A DNA stretch of 64,000 bases from Balanoglossus misakiensis (lineage: Eukaryota > Animalia > Hemichordata): assembly GCA_040954595.2 (NCBI GenBank), contig CM082590.2, forward strand, positions 4,092,001 through 4,156,000. Reading direction: 5' to 3'. A model generated the notes under the pieces. It worked only from the letters and a program-made list of their open reading frames with translations, was not told the DNA's origin and did not search any database. A program made the translations under genes and the position numbers. Every line of letters begins with the position of its first letter. The first letter of the stretch is position 1. This document shows positions 13,065 to 27,000 of this stretch, one piece after another.

Positions 13065-14918
13065 CTGTAAACAAGAAAAATAATGTGAAAAATTGTTATG
13101 GAAGGAACAATCTGTAACTCTTTTACACATCAACTGCATTAAACGCTGATAATTTCATTTTGTCAAATTTGATGTATCGCATACACTCATCCCAGAATTT
13201 GTACTAACAGAGAATGGATGAACAACATGTTGTTTCTTGTTACTGACCTCTCCTATGTCATGCAGATAGTTGGTGGCTTTTCGTAAGAAACTTTCGTCAA
13301 TCGTGGGGTATATTTCTTTGATTCTTGCCACATATTTTGTCCAATAAAGAGCTGGGAAGTCATCATATAATTCCCTCTTCTTTTCCATTATCTTGGCACA
13401 AACGCTTGGAAGCATTTTGACTTTCTAAGAATAAAAATAAATTGATAACATGAAATAATTGGAAGTACCCAAACATTACATTCAATCAATTTAGGGACTG
13501 TGTCACAAAAAAGAAATATTCAATAAAACCCTGACTGGCCATGCAAGTCTTATAATTGACACATAAAACAAAGAATAGAATTTTATTTATCCAATGAAAA
13601 TTTATGTTGAAAATATCTGTAGTATACATGGGGGCAGGGGACCAAAGAAGTATCTTTGTAAGTCGAGTATCATTTTGACAAGATTGTCTTTTGCTTTAAA
13701 TTCAAATTCTGATTTTTCAGTGGAACTGACCTATCTTGTTTCAACATTTTCATCATTGGTAATTTGGTAAAAAGCATCTCACAACCATGCATTCCAGCTA
13801 GCATTATTTTTGTTTGTAATTACTGAAAATGTTACTTTTGCCAGAAATTCTAATATCAACTAATACTTGTACAACATGATGAGGATGTAATACTTTACAC
13901 TTTCAGATATATATTCTTCATGAATCTTGTAGTTGTACACCAATACTGCAGTGCTATAGTGTATCAGTGCTGATAAAACTTAACAATTCAAAGGCAAATG
14001 ACTACAGCGAAATATTGTTACCTTTTTCTGATTTAAACAATCACGGAGTTTCTTCATTTCACTGTCTGTAGAATCACGGCAATTCAACGGAAATATGTCG
14101 CTCACTATGTCTAAATAATCTTGAAACATAGTCTGGGCTTCTGTCAGAACTTCCTTCAGCAAATGACGAGCTGTAAATTATAAAGAGATGACAATATTAA
14201 TCGTCAGATAACTCCATATGCAGAAACTATGGCAAAAAAGTTCTGCTGTAAACTGTTCTGCTCTATTAGGTGCAAAATAGTCATTAACCCTTTCACCCCC
14301 AGTTCCCTCTTTAGAGGTCCAACCTTACCATAGAAAACAATTGGTTTGGACTGAATCATGGTGGTGAAATGGTAAAATGTTTTTTTATGATTATTTCCAA
14401 ACTGTGATTTGTGAATCAACTAACTACGTTCTACTCATATTGAAATGCTACGTATTCAGTTGCTGACTGCATGGTGAGGTGAAAAAACAAACAAACAAAC
14501 ATACATACACACACATAGATACATACAAACATGCACGTGCATACATACACGTGCATACATACATACATACATACATACATACATACGTACATACATACAT
14601 ACATACGTACATACACACATTCATACGTACATACATACATACATACGTACATACACACATTCATACATACATATATACATACATACATACATATATACAG
14701 ACATACATACATACATACACACATTCATACATACATACATACATACATATATACATACATACACACATACATGTACATACATACATACATACACACACAT
14801 ACATACATACACACATACATACATACATACATACATACATACATACATACATACATACATACATACATACATACATACATACATACATACATACATACAT
14901 ACATACACACAGAGTGAT

Positions 14919-14949
<31 letters not shown>

Positions 14950-14993
14950 TACATACATACATACATACATACATACATACATACATACATACA

Positions 14994-15025
<32 letters not shown>

Positions 15026-18000
15026 CACACTTGAACAAATGACAGATATTTGATATATGAAAAAGCTGACAACACTAACCTAGAGCCATATCGATTCTCT
15101 TCAACTTATCAGCTCGACTTGCAACCAATATCACCACTGGTTTCTCGTATCCTTCTCCTGACTTATCAAATGAATACCTGTCCATGTGGGTTGTTCCTTT
15201 CAGAAACCGCAACCAAAACAAAATCTACAAATGAGAATATTTGTGAAAAGTATTATTTTTGAGTCAAAGGAATCATGAATTGAATCCAATATGACATTTC
15301 TCATGATTCAGGTAATATTTGGAGGTATGCGATAAACAATGTGAAATAATTATTGAACAACAATGGCATGTTGGTTCTGCAGGAGACCAATTATAGAAAT
15401 ATCTGCAACTCTTTCAAAAAGCCATGAATGGTGACCGAGATAGTGTTGCACTTTGGAATAAAGTTTCTCAAACAGCAATATTTTCCATTCCTACAGATAA
15501 AACTTGGAAAGTGATAAACAATGCAGTCTAACTTTCCTGTGAAGATTCTTACCTTTGGGAACACACGTTCAAAGGTGTTGAGTTTACCATTCTCGTCTGT
15601 AGCTTTGAACACCAATATGGAGACAGCATTGGGTGCTCCCAGAAACATGTTATGAGTGACGTAATACTCAGCCTGGCCGGCAAAATCCCAAACACTGACA
15701 TTTCCTACGTCAGGAATATGAACACTTTGGACATCAATACCAGGTGTGGGAATGTGTTCACTTTCTTCAGATTCCAGGGTTGTTTCTTCACTCTTTGATA
15801 AGGGGGAGTGAAAGAAAAAATTACATATAATCCCACGATATTTGTCTTTGTTTGACGTCATCCTATATGAGTGGTTTTCGGGGAGTCGTGCAACTTCGAG
15901 CCGTAGATGAGAAGTTGTACGCCTTCGTGAAAACCACGAGTATACAATGACGTTAAACAAAGAAAAATCTCATTGGGATTATATATTTATCACATGACAG
16001 ACATCTCTTGCTTCACAAATCACAGAAAATGACATTTTGAGGACAGAGTGAGTAAGGGTTTATTAAGAATTCATTCTGGCCCATCAAGTTTCACACAAGC
16101 AACCCTTAATTTATTGTAATATGGCCTACTAGAACTTTAATGCAAATGAAACAAAAATATCAACATACCCTCTGAAGTGACTCCAATAATGTAGTCTTAC
16201 CAACTCCACCATCTCCAGCGAAGAACAACTTAAAAGTGTCACATTTCACACCTTGTTCCTCCATCAGGACCTTGAACTCATTTCGTTTCTGGTTGAATAA
16301 AGAAATCATAAAAATACAATTTTATTTGAGGGTTTGGAGAGTGCAGTTAAGAGTGACACCACATTAAGTAATTTATATCACACTGAAATCAATGGACACT
16401 TTTAATTCAAGATGAATAAGAATGAGCACATTTCAGGTTGTATATTATTAAAATTCATGATAATATAAAAAGTACACTCACTTGAATGTAATCCAACAGC
16501 ACCTCCTTACAAGACTTTTTAGCAACATCAAGTGGTGTCTCTCCAGTCTAATTATTTAAGATAAAAAGAATTGTAACAATATGATGTTAATATTTATAAA
16601 AGTAGTAATAATGTAAGAGATAACCATAATTCAAAATTCATTAAATTGTAATGTAATTTTAAAGTTTTGTTTTAAATTTTTCATGAAAAAAATAACCACA
16701 TCAAGTGACATGTTTTATAGTGAATAAAACCTGAATTTCACAAAATCAACACTCATTTAAAGAAATTTAACACTGATTCCTCTTTTCCATCACACTGTAT
16801 CAAAAGTACAGGATTATTTAAAACACAAATAAGAAAAATCTCCTTATTAGGAATTGACAGATTATTAGGTGACAGACAGGAGTTGGCAGATGCTGGAGGC
16901 CGACAGACAATCGCCCTATCTGATACTCTCCACATCACTGAAAGTGGAGATAGAAAGTCTCAAAGATAGGATTGGCATCGACCGTCATGAGTCAACACCT
17001 GCCTGTACAACACCTGACCCGATAGAGGGAGTAGTTTTGATTCAAAGGACAATGACAAATTATATGGCACCTCCTTATGATCAATTGTATTAGGTGACAG
17101 ACAGGAGTTGGCAGATGCTGGAGGCCGACAGACAATCGCCCTATCTGATACTCTCCACATCACTGAAAGTGGAGATAGAAAGTCTCAAAGATAGGATTGG
17201 CATCGACCGTCATGAGTCAACACCTGCCTGTCCAACACCTGACCCGATAGAGGGAATAGTTTTGATTCAAAGGGCAATGACAAATTATATGGAACCTCCT
17301 TATGATCAATTGTATTAGGTGACAGACAGCAGTTGGCAGATGCCGACAGACAATCGCCCTATCTGATACTCTCCACATCACTGAAAGTGGAGATAGAAAG
17401 TCTCAAAGATAGGATTGGCATCGACCGTCATGAGTCAACACCTGCCTGTACAACACCTGACCCTATAGAGGGAGTAGTTTTGATTCAAAGGACAATGGCA
17501 AATAGATACATTGTATCCTCAGCAAAATTTACCACAAAAACTATAATGGAATAAAGACCATTGTGCAAACTCATACTGCTTTAGGAGTGCTTGGTTAAAA
17601 GAGTGTTCAGGCATTTTCAAGACATTTTCAAAATTGTGCATTTCAAATTCAAAGATTATGAAGATTAACTACTTGAGAAAATGGGAGATGATCAGAACAC
17701 ATGGTGTAGGTCTAGAGTGTCATGGAATAAAATATAAAAGTGGAAGATTGTACCTTATTTTTGCAGTCAATATCAGCTCCATATTGCAACAATAGTTTCA
17801 CAACTTTTCCATAATCCCTCCAAGACTCTTTGCCCATTGCTGCCATGTGGAGTGCTGTGTTGCCATCCTATCCAAGAAACAAAAACAGACATCATGTAAG
17901 AGGTACAAGAAAAGTTCTGCATAAACAGCGCCACCAAACAGACTACCAACATTAACACTGAATTGATAATTAACCTCTAGTTTTTCAACAGTATTTAGGA

Positions 18001-21000
18001 TGCTTATATCATTTTTGAGTTGGATGTCACCATGTCAATGTAGCTTTAAATGATAGAGTTGAATTCAATGAATGCATTGTGTGTATTTCGTCCACCATGT
18101 CAGAATGTTGAATTTCAGACAACAGATAAATTTCCTCTTAACGATGAACAATTTAAAGAAAATATGGGTAGTAGATTGTGCCTTTATTCATCTTGACAGT
18201 TTTGAGGGAAAAACTGATTTGGATCAATTCGTAAAGATCTGCATAAGACCAGAAAATTCACATGGATGGGGAATCTTTATTTAGACAAAAGACTAGAGAT
18301 GACTTTGATGACCATTAATGTTCAGAAAGTGTTTGTTTGAGTGAAATACTGTGTTTTGACTCGCATAGAGCACCTAAGTTACTGGTATCATTATCAGAGG
18401 TACAGAACTTGTCTGTGGTCATCCATTATTATGAAGCAGTTCCTTTGTGAGTAACTTAATTTCTTTTCAACACCGTTCTGGTGAGTATTTCTGTATGTAA
18501 TGGAGGAGGAGCATGAGAACAATGTCATAACATTTGAAACGTTCTGTGAGGTTTCCTAATAAATGTTTCTAAACTGATAGAATTAACCTGCAAATGCCAG
18601 GTTGGTATTTACCTTGTTTTGTGTGGTCACATCAGCTTTGTGTTCCAATAACAATCTGAGACCGCCTTCATTGTTAGACCCTGCTGCATCATGCAAAGGG
18701 GTGTTTCCATTCTGTAAGTAATGAAAGAGGAGCATGAGAACAATGTCATAACATTTGAAACGTTCTGTGAGGTTTCCTAAACGAACAAATAAACAAACAA
18801 ATAAATGTTCCTAACCTTATAGAATTAACCTGCAGAAGCCAGTTTGGTATTTACCTTGTTTTGTGTGGTCACATCAGCTTTGTGTTCCAATAACAATCTG
18901 AGACCGCCTTCATTGTTAGACCCTGCTGCATCATGCAAAGGGGTGTTTCCATTCTGTAAGTAATGAAAGAGGAGCATGAGAACAATGTCACAAAATTTGA
19001 AATGTAATGTGAGATTTCTTAAACAAACAAACAAACAAACAAACAAACAAACAAACAAATAAATGTTTCTAAACTGATAGAATTAACCTGCAGAAGCCAG
19101 GTTGGTACTTACCTTGTTTTGAATGGTCAAATCAGCTTTGTGTTCCAATAACAATCTGACACAGCCTTCATTGCGAGACCTTGCTGCATCATGCAAAGGG
19201 CTGTCTCCATACTGTAAGTAATGAAGGAGGAGCATGAGAACAATGTCACAAAATTTGAAATGTAATGTGAGATTTCTTAAACAAACAAACAAACAAACAA
19301 ACAAACAAACAAACAAACAAACAAACAAACAAATGTTTCTAAACTGATAGAATTAACCTGCAGAAGCCAGGTTGGTACTTACCTTGTTTTGAATGGTCAC
19401 ATCAGCTTTGTGTTCCAATAACAATCTGACACAGCCTTCATGGTTAGACCCTGCTGCAGAGTGCAAAGGGGTGTTTCCATCCTGTAAGTAATGAAGGAGG
19501 AGCATGAGAACAATGTCACAAAATTTGAAATGTAATGTGAGATTTCTTAAACAATCAAACAAACAAACAAACAAATAAATGTCTCTAAACTGATAGAATT
19601 AACCTGCAGAAGCCAGGTTGGTATTTACCTTGTTTTGAATGGTCACATCAGCTTTGTGTTCCAATAACAATCTGAGACAGCCTTCATTGTTAGACCCTGC
19701 TGCAGAGTGCAAAGGGGTGTTTCCATCCTGTAAGTAATGAAGGAGAAGCATGATGAAGATGTCATGACATTTGAAACACACTGTTAGGTTTCCTAAACAA
19801 ACAAACAAACAAACAAATAAATGTTTCTAAACTGATAGAATTAACCTGCAGAAGCCAGGTTGGTATTTACCTTGTTTTGTATGGTCACATCAGCTTTGTG
19901 TTCCAATAACAATCTGAGACCGCCTTCATTGGGAGACCCTGCTGCAGAGTGCAAAGGGGTGTTTCCATTCTGTAAGTTGAAGGAGGAGCATGATGAAGAT
20001 GTCAGAAAACTGAAATGTCACATGAGTTAATTTCGTAAAATGAACAAATGAATAAAAAACAACAACAAATAGTCATCATAAACTCAAACATCTCAAACAA
20101 TGAAAAAATCTCCTAATAATGAATTGTCAGATTATTAGGTGACAGACAGGAGTTGGCAGATGCTGGAGGCCGACAGACAATCGCCCTCTCTGATACGCTC
20201 CACATCACTGAAAGTGGAGATAGAAAGTCTCAAAGACAGGATTGGCATCGACCGTCATGAGTCAACACCTGCCTGTACAACACCTGACCCGATAGAGGGA
20301 ATAGTTTTGATTCAAAGGACAATGACAAATTATATGGCACCTCCTTATGATCAATTGTATTAGGTGACAGACAGGAGTTGGCAGATGCTGGAGGCCGACA
20401 GACAATCGCCCTATCTGATACGCTCCACATCACTGAAAGTGGAGATAGAAAGTCTCAAGGATAGGATTGGCATCGACCGTCATGAGTCAACACCTGCCTG
20501 TACAACACCTGACCCTATAGAGGGAGTAGTTTTGATTCAAAGGACAATGACAAATTATATGGCACCTCCTTATGATCAATTGTATTAGGTGACAGACAGG
20601 AGTTGGCAGATGCTGGAGGCCGACAGACAATCGCCCTATCTGACACGCTCCACATCACTGAAAGTGGAGATAGAAAGTCTCAAAGATAGGATTGGCATCG
20701 ACCGTCACGAGTCAACACCTGTCTGTACAACACCTGACCCTATAGAGGGAGTAGTTTTGATTCAAAGGACAATGACAAATTATATGGCACCTCCTTATGA
20801 TCAATTGTATTAGGTGACAGACAGGAGTTGGCAGATGCTGGAGGCCGACAGACAATCGCCCTATCTGATACGCTCCACATCACTGAAAGTGGAGATAGAA
20901 AGTCTCAAAGACAGGATTGGCATCGACCGTCATGAGTCAACACCTGCCTGTACAACACCTGACCCTATAGAGGGAGTAGTTTTGATTCAAAGGACAATGA

Positions 21001-24000
21001 CAAATTATATGGCACCTCCTTATGATCAATTGTATTAGGTGACAGACAGGAGTTGGCAGATGCTGGAGGCCGACAGACAATCGCCCTATCTGATACGCTC
21101 CACATCACTGAAAGTGGAGATAGAAAGTCTCAAAGATAGGATTGGCATCGACCGTCATGAGTTAACACCTGCCTGTACAACACCTGACCCTATAGAGGGA
21201 GTAGTTTTGATTCAAAGGACAATGACAAATTATATGGCACCTCCTTATGATCAGTTGTATTAGGTGACAGACAGGAGTTGGCAGATGCTGGAGGCCGACA
21301 GACAATCGCCCTATCTGATACGCTCCACATCACTGAAAGTGGAGATAGAAAGTCTCAAAGACAGGATTGGCATCGACTGTCATGAGTCAACACCTGCCTG
21401 TACAACACCTGACCTGATAGAGGGAGTAGTTTTGATTCAAAGGACAATGACAAATAGATACATTGTGTCCTCAACAAAATTTACCACAAAAAACTACAAT
21501 TGGAAAGAAGACCATTGTGCAAACTCATACTGTTTTAGGAGTGCTTGGTTAAAATAGTGTTCAGGCATTTTCAAGACTTTGATAAAATTGTGCATTTCAA
21601 ATTCAAAGATTATGAAGATTAACTACTTGAGAAAATGGGAGTTGATCAGAACACATGGTGTAGGTCTAGAGTGTCATGGAATGAAATATAAAAGTGGAAG
21701 ATTATACCTTGTTTTTGCAGTCAACATCAGCTCCATATTGCAACAATAGTTTCACAATTTTTCCACAATCCCTCCAAGACTCTTTGCCCATTGTTGCCAT
21801 GTGGAGTGCTGTGTTGCCATCCTATACAAGAAACAAAAACAGACAATATCATGTAAGAGGTACAACAAGAAAAGTTCTGCATAAACAGACTACCAACATT
21901 AACACTGAATTGATAATTAACCTCTAGTTTTTCAATAGTACTTAGGATGCTTATGTCATTTTTGAGTTGGATGTCTCCACGTCAATGTAGCTTTAAATGA
22001 TAGAGTTGAATTAAATGAATGCATTGTGTGTATTTTGTCCACCATGTCAGAATGTTGAATTTCAGACAACAGATAAATTTCCTCATAACGATGAACAATT
22101 TAAAGAAAATATGGGTAGTAGATTGTGCCTTTATTCACCTTGACAGTTTTGAGGGAAAAACTGATTTGGATCAATTTGTAAAGATCTGCATAAGACCAGA
22201 CAATTTACATGGATGGGAAATCTTTATTTAGACAAAAGACTAGAGATGACTTTGATGACCATTAATGTTCAGAAATTGTTTGTTTGAGTGAAATACTGTG
22301 TTTTGACTCGCATAGAGCACCTAAGTTACTGGTATCATTATCAGAGGTACAGAACTTGTCTGTAGTCATCCATTATTATGAAGCAGTTTACTTGTGAGTA
22401 ACTTAATTTCTTGCCAATACCGTTCTGGTGAGTATTTCTGTATGTAATGGAGGAGGAGCATGAGAACAATGTCATAACATTTGAAACGTTCTGTGAGGTT
22501 TCCTAAACAAACAAACAAACAAACAAACAAACAAATAAATGTTTCTAAACTAATAGAATTAACCTGTAGAAGCCAGGTTGGTATTTACCTCGTTTTGAAT
22601 GGTCACATCAGCTTTGTGTTCCAATAACAATCTGAGACCGCCTTCATCGCCATAACTTGCTGCATAATGCAAAGGGGTGTTTCCATCCTGTAAGTAATGA
22701 AGGAGGAGCATGAGAACAATGTCATACAATTTGAAATGATGTTTCTTAAAACAAACAAACAAATAAATATAAAAATGTAATGTGAAGTGTAAACAAACAA
22801 ACAATAAATAAACCAACAGATAAATAAATAAAAACATCAAAAGTATCAGCCATATTGCAAAAACAACCAAGAATGGCATACTGACTGATTTGAAAGGATA
22901 ATCCACAGTCCTTCCACACACAAAATGAAAATTGCCGACTGTTAAAGTGAATACAGATTCAAGTATGACAGTGAAGAATCTCAATTGATTCTAACAGAGA
23001 GGAAAACGCTTTGATTGGTGATATAGTTTTTTGAAATTGGATGTTTTAGTCTCCATAGCTTAGTTAGGGGTGGACCAGTTGATAATCAGGGTGGGAGGGA
23101 TCTGGAAGATTAAAAAAAAGATTGCCAGCAAAATTTCAGAGATGGCTTGAAAACACAAAACACAAAAAATCCATAAAAATTTAATTTCTGGAACATATTT
23201 ATTCATTCGGGCACAAACTGTGTCAACTTCTTTGGCCAAATTTTAAAGAGAGTTAAATTTAGAATACAATGTGTCCTACTGTCCTTCCTATGGCTGGATC
23301 ATGGTCAGTAATACTAAATCAGTATGGGTAATAATTTTTGGATTTTCTCTCTTCTTGTTAAGGGGTTAGCTTGTTTCTTCCCATTGAATTTGGATCATGC
23401 AAAGTAATTTCGGATGAAAATAATATAGTGTTGTAATTAGGTCTTTTTAAAAGACATTTTATAAAATTATTCATTTATGTAGCCACGTTATCCATAATGA
23501 AGTAATAAGTCAGTTCACATACCTCATTCTTCGCATGGACATCTGCACCATGGCTAATCAACTCTCTCATAGCATCCAATTTACCTGCCCAAGACGCTTC
23601 ATGCAATGCTGTGGAACCACCCTGGAATGAAGACGTTTAAAGTTGGAATAAAAATGACATCATTATTCTGATACTTGGAATGTGCCAACTGCTCAATCTA
23701 ATATTCATTTCTTGTTAACAACAAGAAATGAATATTCACACACTCCTAGCAGCAAGAGAAAGATCAAATTTAACTGTACAACTAAATGTTTCATGATATC
23801 CATCTGACTGTCAATAAAAGAATCATCCATAGTTTCCACTGTGGTCATGAAGTTGTAAGTACGCATGTAGCCACGTTATCCATCATGAATATATATTCCT
23901 TGCTGAAAAAAAGAAATAGAATCTAATGATCTGTCAGTGAAAAGCTTTAAGGGGTTGTCAACAGATGGGGCTGCTGTCATGGTTGCCAGTAGACGTGGTG

Positions 24001-27000
24001 TTGCAAGCAAATTTAAGTCTGACAATAATTTGATCATTAGTGTGCATTGTGTTTGCCACAGGTTGGCATTGGCTTGTACTGACAGTAATACAAACATAAA
24101 GTATGTGAAGGATGTGTCCACAATAATTCGGCAGCTTTGGCAGTTCTTTGAAATTCCCCAAAGAGGTTAGCAGCATATCTGAAAATGCAAGAAAAGCTTG
24201 CAAAAATAAAGTTAACCTCTGACAAGAGTCAGAAAATTGTCATGCACCTAAGACTTAAAAAAGCTTGCAACACCAGGTGGTTGAGTTCCAATCTAGCTGT
24301 AGAGGCAACTCTGAGGGATTTGGAGGCATTGCTCCTTACTCTGAATGACTTTGAAGATGATGCACTTGCATGTGGCCTGCTAAAGAAAATAAAGTCGGTT
24401 AAATTTGTTGGCACATTGTATATATTGCAGTCTGTATTGTCCATTTTGTCAGAGCTGTCTCTTGTGTTTCAAAGAGATCAAGTTAACTTCTCCCTCATTG
24501 CAAGCATGGTTTCAGCAACTACCCCCGGGTAAAGATAAACTGAAACAGATTCTCAGTGATAATGTGCCAAAAAAAAGTTTGTGTCTGATATTGACTCATT
24601 CACAAATATATCTTCTGGGCTATGTTTCCAGGGCAGCGGCAAGCTTGATCTTGAAAGTCTGATGAGAAAGTACATTGGTGCTCTCATAGAGAATATAGAT
24701 AGTAGGTTTGCTGAGTCATCTCTAGTGCTCACTGCACTGTCTGTCTTTGACCCATTGAGTATGCCAAGTAAAGATAATGTAACTTTTAGTTCATATGGGG
24801 AAGCACATATCAAAGTACTTGCTGATCACTTTTACCACAATGAGGAAGTTGCTGTAAAAGAAATTAGTGAATGAGTTTACACAACTTAAATACTACTATG
24901 TAGATTACATGAAGGCAAATATGCCTACTGATGTTGAGGAATGTAAAGGCACTGTTACACCAACTCAGTGGCTCTTGACTGAGTTAGTGAGATGTGACAG
25001 CTTAACCCCATTTTTCCCAGAGATAACTAAAATAGCTGAAGCTGCACTCTGTGTTCCTGTGAGTAATGCTTGGCCTGAAAGGGGTGCAAGCACTTTGAAG
25101 AATGTCAAAACTAGATTGAGAAGTAGACTGTCAAGTGAAATGTTAGAATCTATAATGCATGTCCCCCAGTTGCCAGTGCTGAGGCAGAACAGATAATATC
25201 TCCAGCTGTAGAACAGTGGGAACAAGCCAAAAGTAGAAGATACCGCACAAAGTACAGGTGCATGTACCATCATCATGTGTAGACAGTGACTCGGATGGGG
25301 CTCCAGATGGGGCCATTTATGCTGATGCTTCAGTGCAGGTTGATATAGAGGTTGAGACTGAGGAGGAAAGTGTTTCCATACAACGTGAAGTTACAGAAGT
25401 GTCAAGTGCTTTAGGGTTATCAGAGGACTCAGACCCAGATAGTGATTTTGAATTTGATTGAAGACTGTATTGTAACATGATACATAACTAGTGCTGTAAT
25501 AAAAGGTTGAAACACTCAAATGAGTTTGTGTGTATGTGTTTGTGTGTAGAATGAATTGGGGGGGGGGGGGGTCAAAGGTCAATACCGTATATTCTCGCAA
25601 TTAAGCGCCACCCATGACATAGGCGGCAGTGATACCTGACTTTGCTACTTTTTACTTAAAATTAGGATTTTTTTGAGGTGTGTGGACGTACGTGAAATTC
25701 ACGGCAAGTACTACCGAGGTAACACCTGTTTAGGGGTCTTGTCAAAATCAATGGGGGCTTGCTGCGTGAATAATAATTGACCTGAGCAGACAATGCATGC
25801 TTTGGGCTGATGTGCTATTTATTTACAAGATGAAATCGGGCACATGTCAACCTCCTAATTTATGTAAATTATTATTCACTGCAAAAGACACAGGTGCGTC
25901 TAGACACTCGTCTTTTTCCTGTCGATCGATCGGCAGCCGCTTACGTTACCGGCACTACCACCCAAGTTTGACCATATGGCCAGGGCTTTGAAATAATAGG
26001 ACTAGTTTCAAGTTGTGAATGTTTGCGATATTAATTTTCTCATGAATATTCACGCAACCTGAGTATTCAAGCAACCTTGCCTGACCTTACATGTGTGAGA
26101 GCATGATGACAAAGACGCACTTGGACTAAACCACTATACGTCAGTAGATTTTGTTGATGGTTCAGCCAGCATACTGTAATGCTGCTCGTAGTATTCACTT
26201 CGTTGACAACTTTTTATTTCTGGAATATTTATTAGACAATACATTGAACTGACTGTATTTGAATAGAAAATGTTAAAACTTTACATATGAATTTGAAACA
26301 GCCATTCATTCACTGCGGACACCCCCTTACGAGAACACTGATTGGAACGTCCCAAATCATTTGCATATGAATCAACAGGGTACAGTATACAGGGCGATCA
26401 ATGAATAAGCGCCACCAAAATTTGAAATGGTTAAAAAGTGGAGCTTAAATGCAGGAATTTATGGTAAGTACGCATGTAGCCACGTTATCCATAATGAAGT
26501 AACAAGTCAGTTCACGTACCTTAGTCTTCGCATTGACATCTGCACCATGGCTAATCAACACCCTGACAGCATCCAATTTACCCACGTAGGACGCTACATG
26601 CAATGCTGTCCAACCATCCTGGAATGAAGACGTTTAAAGATGGAATAAAAATGACATCACCAATCTGATACTTGGAATGTGCCAACTGCTCAATCTAATA
26701 TTCATTTCTTGTTAACAACAAGAAATGAATATTCACACACTCCTAGCAGCAAGAGAAAGATCAAATTTAACTGTACAAATAAATGTTTCATGATTTCCAT
26801 CTGACTGTCAATAAAAGAATCATCCATAGTTTCCACTGTGGTCATGAAGTTGTAAGTACACGTGTAGCCATGTTATCCATAATGAAGTAACAAGTCAGTT
26901 CACGTACCACATCCTTCACACTGACATCTGCACTATGGCTAATCAACACCCTGACAGCATCCAATTGACCTTTCCTGGACGCTTCATGCAATGCTGTGGA

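Noticed and set aside
14431-15075. YIHT/MYVC repeat ORFs (also 8386-8622)
   Set aside because: Translations of (CATA)n microsatellites
16869-21557. Repeated 74-aa MTDRSWQ ORFs as a gene family
   Set aside because: GTG-start ORFs inside a 225-bp minisatellite, antisense to ROCO introns, with no recognisable domain
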